DNA of 18,669 bases from Candidatus Dadabacteria bacterium. Lineage in GTDB: Bacteria; Desulfobacterota_D; UBA1144; Nemesobacterales; CSP1-2. Positions 8,447 through 14,603 of the stretch are shown in pieces. The notes under the pieces were generated by a model. That model did not search any database, was not told where the DNA came from, and saw only the letters and a list, made by a program, of their open reading frames with translations. Positions within the stretch are counted from its first letter, which is position 1; every line of letters begins with the position of its first letter. The stretch lies in NCBI GenBank assembly GCA_040289575.1, contig PSLL01000042.1:1-18669 (forward strand), read 5' to 3'. The translations under genes and the position numbers were made by a program.

Positions 8447-10012
8447 TTATCTAACATTTAAATCAAAATTCTCATTCACAGGCGGTTTTCCGGGCACAAG
8501 AGCCCTAACCCCCAGAGTCCAACTCCCACTCATAGGAATATCCAATTTCCCCATATAGATCCCATCTCCAACATGATTTGCTTCACCGGTGCTTCTCATT
8601 TCAGACATTCCGGGCATTGCGGGCATAAGGATGGTGAATTTAACCTTTGCATCCATAATCGGCTTACCTTCGGGATCGGTGAGCTTAAACTTGAAAGCAG
8701 TTTTTCCTGATTGAGGAGGTGTTGGGTCTGTGGAGAATGAGATTTTAATGTTACTTTTTCCATTTATCTCACCTTCACCGACGGCAACAGTCTCTTTCTT
8801 GCCTCCACCAAAAGCCTGAAGAGCCGCTTTAAGCCGACTTTCAGAGTCTACTAAGAATACAGCGCTTCTTACGACCTTTTCTCCTGCTTTCAATCCGTCC
8901 ACCACTTCATAATACCCTTCGGTCTTTTGTCCGACCTTAACTTCCCTTGGCTCGAAGTATCCATCTCCTGAGGCGATAAACACGAATTTTCTCTCCCCTG
9001 TGTCAATTACAGCGTCCTCAGCTACGGAGAGCCTCTCACCCAAGTCGGTTTGGAGTGTTACGTTGGTATACATCCCGGGCTTGAGTTTGTTGCCCGGGTT
9101 TGGAAATTCAAACCTCACCTTTGCGGTTCTAGTGGTTGTGTCAACAGTAGGATAGATATACATAACATTTCCTATAAAGGTTTCACTCGGATAATAGGAG
9201 AATTCAAGGGTTGCCGTATCTCCCTCTTTAATCAGAGGAAGTTCATACTCATAAACGTCTGCAATAACCCATACGGTTGATAAGTCCGCTATCTGAACTA
9301 CATTCTCGCCTTCTGATATATGCATCCCGGGAAACATCATTCTTTTTGTAATATAGCCGTTCATGTGGGAATATATGGTCATGTACGTAATCGGTTTTCC
9401 AGTCTTCTCAACCCTTTTCAATTCATTCTCAGGAATGTCCCAGAGCTGAAATCTCTTCCGTGTGGCCTCAAGTAGGGAACTTGCCCCCGATGATATTTCA
9501 GAGAAGGGACTTTTACCAAGGTCATCATTTGCCTTCAGGGCAATGAGATACTCTTCCTCGCTTGAAACCAAATCAGGACTATAAACAGTAAAGAGCGGAT
9601 CCCCGCGTTTTACATACTGCCCTTCATATACGGGCATGTCCTTTATCCAACCACTGAACTTAACGTGCACATAATCTATTTTTCTCTCATCCACCTCAAC
9701 AATCCCTACGGTTCTAATGTTTCTTACAAGTTTTCTAAGAGAGACCTCTCCGGTTTTTATACCTATCAGTTGCTGCTTCTGCGGATTTATCTCTATACCT
9801 ACGAACTCAGGAGGGTCTTGGTTTTCCTGCATTTGTCCTTTGGTTCCGCTTCCGTGTTGCATCCCTTGCATTCCTTGAGAAGAACTTGTGACTATGTTTT
9901 TTTCTTGTTCTTTTCTCTTTGATTTCATTAAGACATATGGGAGGGTAAAGATTAGAATAAGTAGGGTCAAAGCTGTTAAGGCCCTCAGTTTAATTATCCT
10001 TTTTTTCGTCAT
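8447..10012 (-). CDS. cusB: CusB-like RND periplasmic adaptor with C-terminal YtkA/FixH-like Met-rich domain
   Basis: 521 aa. N-terminal anchor, GMQGMQHG, YSPDLVSSEEEYL, IADLSTVWVIADVYE, IYPT...TRTAKVR, LKPGMY and FLVDSES, then about 100 extra residues with MPAMPGM and MSGSW. SD AAGGAGGT. Confidence 0.88.
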   Translation of the reverse strand: MTKKRIIKLRALTALTLLILIFTLPYVLMKSKRKEQEKNIVTSSSQGMQGMQHGSGTKGQMQENQDPPEFVGIEINPQKQQLIGIKTGEVSLRKLVRNIRTVGIVEVDERKIDYVHVKFSGWIKDMPVYEGQYVKRGDPLFTVYSPDLVSSEEEYLIALKANDDLGKSPFSEISSGASSLLEATRKRFQLWDIPENELKRVEKTGKPITYMTIYSHMNGYITKRMMFPGMHISEGENVVQIADLSTVWVIADVYEYELPLIKEGDTATLEFSYYPSETFIGNVMYIYPTVDTTTRTAKVRFEFPNPGNKLKPGMYTNVTLQTDLGERLSVAEDAVIDTGERKFVFIASGDGYFEPREVKVGQKTEGYYEVVDGLKAGEKVVRSAVFLVDSESRLKAALQAFGGGKKETVAVGEGEINGKSNIKISFSTDPTPPQSGKTAFKFKLTDPEGKPIMDAKVKFTILMPAMPGMSEMRSTGEANHVGDGIYMGKLDIPMSGSWTLGVRALVPGKPPVNENFDLNVR

Positions 10013-10046
10013 TTTAACCTCCTTTGCCGACGATTGATTCTTAACC

Positions 10047-10074
10047 GTAGGGGCAAACGGCTGTTCACACTTAC
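10047..10074. repeat. Degenerate GTAG-family REP-like palindrome
   Basis: GTAGGGGCAAAC-GGCT-GTTCACACTTAC. Arms match at 8 of 12 positions and start with the GTAG tetranucleotide. Intergenic between the tolC-like gene and cusB. Confidence 0.5.
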
Positions 10075-10091
10075 AAAGGCACGAGCATAAA

Positions 10092-11351
10092 TCACTCCGT
10101 CAACTCTACCCCCGCAATCTCCTCAATCCTTGCCAGAGCCTTCTCGTACTCAGCAAGTTGGGTATAGTATGAAAGCTCGAAGTTAAAGAGCGTGACAATA
10201 TTGTCTAGAAGCGTAAGGAAATCAATTTTTCCAACTTCATAACCTGCGATGGCAGAGTCAAGCGAGAGAGTGGCTTGTGGAATTATCCCTTGGGAGTAGA
10301 GGCCTAGGAGTTTCTCCGACGTCTTAGCTGTAATGTATTTATCTTTTACATCAAAGAAAAGATTTAAGTTCGTGTTGTTGTATTCCTCTTTCGCCTCTTT
10401 AAGCTGAGACATCGCTTCTTCGACTCCGAATCTTTCTTTTCTCCAGAAATAAAGCGGGACTATAAATCCAACCCTTACCTGCCACATATCGGCAAATGGC
10501 CCCTCATTTGTAAACTTTCCTCGATCAAACCAATCAAACTCCGCCATAAAATCAGGCAAATACCCTTTCTTTGCGAGTTCTAGGGCTTTGTTGTTTCTTT
10601 CAATAAGATCGCTCTTTGCTTTAAGCATTGGACTCTTGGTCTCTGTGAGTTTGTAAAGTTCATCTAATGAGAGTCCAAGTTCAGACTTTTTCACCTCTTC
10701 GGGTTTTCCAAGAGGGAAATCGGGCGGGCGGTTAAGAATGCTCCTTATCTTGGCTTCTATAATCTCTTTCTTCTGGTTTAAAAGCTCCAGTCTCTCGATA
10801 AATCCTGAAACTTCTACCTGAGCTTTTATTACATCCTGCTGTATACCCTTTCCGACAGAATATTTGGTTTCTGCGATCTTTACGAATTTCTCAATAAGTT
10901 CCTTATTCTTTGAAGTGATCTCTATTGACTTATCTGCCAAATACCAATCATAATAAGCTCCCTTGAGGTCAGCTATAACCCTTCTCATAGTAGCTTCTAG
11001 AAACTGTTCATCAGCCTTGGCCTCTTCTTCTGCGATTTTTCCTTTAAGAGAGAGTTTGCCAGGAAATGGAAACTCCCAAGAAGCGGAAACCCCAACCTGT
11101 GAAAAGTCATCTTTTCCAAGTGTGAGTTTGTCAAATCTGACATTGGTATAGTTAACTCCTATCGTGGGGTTTGGAAGCGTGCTTACCTGAGATGGGCGCT
11201 TAGTTGAAGCCTCCCATTTAGCCCTTGCTGCCTTTATTTCAGGGTTATTGGATAGAGCTTCGTCAACGAGGGATTTAAGGGTTGTGCTCTCCTCCGCAAA
11301 AGCATCAAGCCCAATTGAGGTTATGGCGATTAGTATTAAAACCAATCTCAT
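10092..11351 (-). CDS. TolC/CusC/CzcC family outer-membrane efflux protein
   Basis: 419 aa. Signal peptide, ALSNNPEIKAA, LPNP, PFPGKLSL, YSVGKGIQQDV, YLPDF and YEVGKIDFLTLL (two OEP repeats). First gene of the CBA order. SD AAGGAGGTG. Confidence 0.92.
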   Translation of the reverse strand: MRLVLILIAITSIGLDAFAEESTTLKSLVDEALSNNPEIKAARAKWEASTKRPSQVSTLPNPTIGVNYTNVRFDKLTLGKDDFSQVGVSASWEFPFPGKLSLKGKIAEEEAKADEQFLEATMRRVIADLKGAYYDWYLADKSIEITSKNKELIEKFVKIAETKYSVGKGIQQDVIKAQVEVSGFIERLELLNQKKEIIEAKIRSILNRPPDFPLGKPEEVKKSELGLSLDELYKLTETKSPMLKAKSDLIERNNKALELAKKGYLPDFMAEFDWFDRGKFTNEGPFADMWQVRVGFIVPLYFWRKERFGVEEAMSQLKEAKEEYNNTNLNLFFDVKDKYITAKTSEKLLGLYSQGIIPQATLSLDSAIAGYEVGKIDFLTLLDNIVTLFNFELSYYTQLAEYEKALARIEEIAGVELTE

Positions 11352-11366
11352 CTTACACCTCCTTAT

Positions 11367-11403
11367 AAAGCCCCTTCACGCTAAAGCTTTGAAGGGGCTT
11401 TTT
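11367..11403. promoter_or_regulatory. Perfect 12-bp hairpin immediately upstream of the tolC SD (attenuator/terminator-like)
   Basis: AAAGCCCCTTCA (11367-11378) / TGAAGGGGCTTT (11390-11401), 11-nt loop. The GC stem is followed by UUUAU on the minus strand and T5 on the plus strand. Confidence 0.65.
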
Positions 11404-11460
11404 CCATCCTCTTTTCGTCCATGATTGCTAATTTCTCTCTAGTTTTCACTAAGAGACAAT

Positions 11461-11504
11461 AAAGAAATAAGAAAAGCGGTGATAACCATTAGGGTTAATC
11501 ACCG
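11461..11504 (-). terminator. Intrinsic terminator-like hairpin after the leader ORF
   Basis: Minus-strand RNA CGGUGAUUAACC-CUAAU-GGUUAUCACCG (11 bp, one bulge) followed by CUUUUCUUAUUUCUUU, 27 nt past the stop at 11532. Confidence 0.65.
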
Positions 11505-11531
11505 AGCAGAGATTAAGCAGCAGAGTGGAAA

Positions 11532-11924
11532 TTATAGTAAAAGGGATGAGTTTGCCAGGAATAAATCAGGCGGTCGGTATTCTGTTTTTAGTGCAAGATT
11601 TAAGGAAAAATTAGAGATTGTATTGATTTCTAAGATAGGTATATCAAATGCTAGAGGATATAAAACAATGTTCTTTACTATATGGCTGTTGGGAGCATTA
11701 AGAACCGCATCGTAACATACGCATGCTTTATGATCCATTATACCAGTGATTTTGTAAGTACTTGTTGCAGCTTTAGCGCCGGAAATTTTATTCGGCTGGC
11801 TTGCATGGCAGTTTTTCATATTCATATTCGGAACGGCACTGCCACGGGAGTAACAGACACCTGGACCAACCCATGTATAGCAGAAGATTACGCTAAGAAC
11901 TAGGAAAAGACTCAAGTATTTCAT
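11532..11924 (-). CDS. Exported/membrane-targeted Cys/His/Met protein with C-terminal RPP; candidate metal-sensing leader (DUF2946/CruR/CutF- or CzcI-like)
   Basis: 130 aa from the ATG at 11924. Signal-like MKYLSLFLVLSVIFC, MNMKNCH, MDHKACVC and terminal EYRPPDLFLANSSLLL. Same strand as, and directly upstream of, the efflux operon. Confidence 0.7.
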   Translation of the reverse strand: MKYLSLFLVLSVIFCYTWVGPGVCYSRGSAVPNMNMKNCHASQPNKISGAKAATSTYKITGIMDHKACVCYDAVLNAPNSHIVKNIVLYPLAFDIPILEINTISNFSLNLALKTEYRPPDLFLANSSLLL

Positions 11925-11941
11925 AGGATGACAACGAATAT

Positions 11942-11970
11942 ACACTAAATAAGCTAAGTTTCAAAGTCAA
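11942..11970 (-). promoter_or_regulatory. Putative sigma70 promoter for the leader ORF / cus operon
   Basis: TTGACT (11970-11965), 17 nt, TAGTGT (11947-11942). Predicts a transcription start near 11935. Confidence 0.55.
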
Positions 11971-12011
11971 GTATAAACCTAATATTAACCAAGGATAGAA
12001 AAGGAATAATT

Positions 12012-12662
12012 TCAGCCTAGATTCTTGATTGTTTCAACACTAATCATACCTAAACTATCTACAACCAAATCAGCGATTTGAAATTCTTTCTGCTCTAGTC
12101 TCTTATCCGGAACTGCGATGCAGAACATCCCCGCACCCTTTGCGGATTTTACTCCGTTAATCGAATCCTCGATTACAACACATTCCCTTGTCTCGACCCC
12201 CAATCTCTTTGCGGTGTAGATATAAATGTCGGGATGGGGTTTTCCAAGCTCAATAAAATCCCCGGGGACAACCACAGAGAAAAATTCTCTGAGTGAGAAC
12301 TTATCCAAGACGAAATTTATGACTCTAATCGGAGAGCTTGAGGCAAGGGCCAAAAGGAAGCCACTCTCTTTAAGCCTTCTAAGAAGGGTTAGAAGCCCGG
12401 GCATAAGCCACAATTCTTTTTCATATAAACCAAGCAGTATCTCGATTCTTTCGGCAATAATCTCTTCAACTGTTTCAGTCAGGTTGAATGTCTCTCTCAT
12501 TAGCCTTCCGGAATCATTTTGGTTTAATCCCACTATCTTATCCCTGTATGTGGGATTATAACCTATGCCCCTCTTTGCAAGCAGTATTCTTTCTGCCTTC
12601 TCCCAAAGTGGCTCACTATCTATCATAACCCCGTCCATATCGAATATAACAGCTTTAATCAT
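12012..12662 (-). CDS. HAD-superfamily hydrolase, subfamily IA (beta-PGM/sugar-phosphatase-like)
   Basis: 216 aa. Motif I FDMDGVMIDSE, motif II ASSS, motif III GKPHPDIY and motif IV IEDSINGVKSAKGAGM. Confidence 0.92.
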   Translation of the reverse strand: MIKAVIFDMDGVMIDSEPLWEKAERILLAKRGIGYNPTYRDKIVGLNQNDSGRLMRETFNLTETVEEIIAERIEILLGLYEKELWLMPGLLTLLRRLKESGFLLALASSSPIRVINFVLDKFSLREFFSVVVPGDFIELGKPHPDIYIYTAKRLGVETRECVVIEDSINGVKSAKGAGMFCIAVPDKRLEQKEFQIADLVVDSLGMISVETIKNLG

Positions 12663-12752
12663 TGTTGAACCATCTCTTTCTCGGCGTTTCTTGAGATATT
12701 ATACGTTAATTACTCCTCAAAGAGTCGTTTATTATCTCTTGAGTTTCCAGTC

Positions 12753-12781
12753 TTGACAATAGAGCGGGTAAAAACTATCCT
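12753..12781 (+). promoter_or_regulatory. Putative sigma70 promoter for the PCYCGC gene
   Basis: TTGACA (12753-12758), 17 nt, TATCCT (12776-12781). Confidence 0.6.
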
Positions 12782-12859
12782 TCTATCCATTGGTTTAGGT
12801 GTTCATTTATAAGTAAGTAGAAATAAAATAAGAAGTGTTTTATCGGAGGAATAGTAGAT

Positions 12860-13345
12860 ATGAAAGCATCCATAAATTTTAAAAGGCAAGCCCTATTAGG
12901 CACAATTACGGCTCTTTTTATTGCTGGGTGTCTGACGGCTTATACTATTGTGTTTAAAAAGGATAACAAAGCGGCTCTGGACACCTCTCCCCTAGAGGCC
13001 TCTACGATAAAGCTTCCAAAGTACTTCGATACGGCTCCCCCTGAAATAAAGGAAGCCTATGAGTTTGCCCTTTCAGGACCCGATGTGCTTGAGCACATGG
13101 CATGTTACTGTGGATGCAAAAGGATCGGACACAAAAGCAATAAGAGCTGTTTTATAAATAGGGTAAATGAAGACGGATCAATCGTTCTCGATGAACACGG
13201 TACTATGTGCCATATATGTCTAGACGTTGCACTCACGACAAAGCGTTTAATAGCACAAGGAAAATCCCTTAGAGAAATCCGGAAATTCTTAGACGAAAAA
13301 TACGCCGGAAAGCCTTCTACCGATACCCCGTATTCTCCGGAGTAA
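12860..13345 (+). CDS. PCYCGC-motif family membrane-anchored protein or lipoprotein
   Basis: 161 aa. AYEFA...PDVLEHMACYCGC...GHKSNKSCF...DEHGTMCHIC. N-terminal hydrophobic segment with lipobox-like IAGC (Cys24). SD GGAGGA. Confidence 0.82.
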   Translation: MKASINFKRQALLGTITALFIAGCLTAYTIVFKKDNKAALDTSPLEASTIKLPKYFDTAPPEIKEAYEFALSGPDVLEHMACYCGCKRIGHKSNKSCFINRVNEDGSIVLDEHGTMCHICLDVALTTKRLIAQGKSLREIRKFLDEKYAGKPSTDTPYSPE

Positions 13346-13433
13346 TGGGGAAATTAATATATAGCATTTTTATTTAAAAAATCTCCATTTTCTATGATCT
13401 CTATGACTAAAATAATTAATTCGGGAAACCATA

Positions 13434-14000
13434 ATGAAGGGTTTTGATTTATTTGTTAAGCTGGTCGTGTTTGCGGCGATTGTGATTCTTCTCGGTCTTC
13501 TTGGTTATGCGGTTTTTGGAAATAAGGTGTTCTCAAAATCCTCTCCTCTTATTGGACACGAAGCGCCAGAGTTTACACTCGAACTCTTTAGTGGAGATAA
13601 ACTGAGGCTCTCGGATTTAAGAGGAAAAGCCGTTCTCCTAAACTTCTGGGCGTCATGGTGTATGCCCTGTAGGGACGAAGCATCCGCACTTGAGGCATCT
13701 TGGAAAAGGTACAAAGATAAGCCGGTAGTCTTTGTTGGTATAGATGTGTGGGACGACAAAGACGGTGCCCTTGCCTACATAAAGCAATTCGGCGGAGGGT
13801 ATATGAATGGAATAGATCCGAAGGGTGAAATAGCCGTTGACTACGGGGTTGGCGGGGTACCTGAGACATATTTCATTAACACATCGGGGAAAATAGTGGA
13901 TAAATATACAGGACCACTCACAGAAGAGATGATTGATCAGTTCCTGGGAAAAGCACTTTCATCATTGCCACTAAGCGGGCTAACTAAAGAAGGCGGTTAG
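13434..14000 (+). CDS. TlpA/ResA/CcmG family thiol-disulfide oxidoreductase
   Basis: 188 aa. N-terminal TM, APEFTL, LRGKAVLLNFWASWCMPC and YGVGGVPETYFI (cis-Pro loop). Confidence 0.92.
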   Translation: MKGFDLFVKLVVFAAIVILLGLLGYAVFGNKVFSKSSPLIGHEAPEFTLELFSGDKLRLSDLRGKAVLLNFWASWCMPCRDEASALEASWKRYKDKPVVFVGIDVWDDKDGALAYIKQFGGGYMNGIDPKGEIAVDYGVGGVPETYFINTSGKIVDKYTGPLTEEMIDQFLGKALSSLPLSGLTKEGG

Positions 14001-14007
14001 TTTAGAG

Positions 14008-14502
14008 ATGATTATCAAGGTTCGTATTGGAATGGTTTTTTACATAATGGCTTCGGTAGCATTCATATTGGGGCTACTTATCTCGAACTCCATAGCAGAT
14101 GATATTGATAAAGAGACCCGCGAGATTTCTTATCTCCTTATGTGTCCTGTGTGTGAGGGACAGACCGTGGCGGAGTCCAATTCCCAGCTTGCCAAACAAA
14201 TGCGAACAATAATAAGAGAGAAACTCCAAGAAGGGAAGTCCAAAGACGAGATAATCGCCTACTTTGTAAGCCGCTATGGAGAAGCAATACTTGGCGCTCC
14301 ACCTGCAAAAGGGGTAAACTGGATTCTTTGGACGCTGCCCGCCCTTTCATTATTAGTTGGAGGACTTATAATAGGGCTATTTCTCTATAAATTAAAAGAA
14401 GATAGAGAAAAATCTAAGAAGGAATCTCGAAAACCGCCAACCCAGTTCGAACCAGAATACATAGAAAAGCTCAACAAAGAGCTAAGAGAGTTTGAATCTT
14501 AG
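14008..14502 (+). CDS. ccmH: Cytochrome c-type biogenesis protein CcmH/CycL (N-terminal redox domain)
   Basis: 164 aa. LMCPVCEGQTVAESNSQLAKQMR, GKSKDEIIAYFVSRYGEAIL and LWTLP plus a TM helix. Starts 7 nt after the tlpA stop. Confidence 0.88.
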   Translation: MIIKVRIGMVFYIMASVAFILGLLISNSIADDIDKETREISYLLMCPVCEGQTVAESNSQLAKQMRTIIREKLQEGKSKDEIIAYFVSRYGEAILGAPPAKGVNWILWTLPALSLLVGGLIIGLFLYKLKEDREKSKKESRKPPTQFEPEYIEKLNKELREFES

Positions 14503-14603
14503 AAATCCCTAAAAATAAAATGTACTCATATCTAGAGAAAGCCTCTTCAATTTATTTTCTTTCCTCTAATTCCAATATAGGACTTTAGTTTTTAAACTCA
14601 GCG

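Noticed and set aside
5362..11151. Many 60-130 aa plus-strand ORFs antisense to cusA, cusB and tolC (and similar shadow ORFs over other genes)
   Set aside because: They are fully nested opposite well-supported genes, show no recognisable motifs, and are expected by chance.
11925..11945. GTG start at 11945 for the leader ORF
   Set aside because: It lies inside the predicted -10 box. The ATG at 11924 gives a normal signal-peptide start.
12689..12743. TCTTGAG / CTCAAAGA / CTCTTGAG inverted-repeat set between the HAD and PCYCGC genes
   Set aside because: Arms are imperfect with inconsistent spacing and match no operator I can name. It may be chance.
13195..13225. Heme c attachment site in the PCYCGC protein
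   Set aside because: The sequence is HGTMCHICL: CxxC is followed by Leu, not His, so it is not CxxCH.
13390..13407. Direct repeat TCTATGA x2 upstream of tlpA
   Set aside because: Only two 7-bp copies in AT-rich DNA, too weak to call a binding site.
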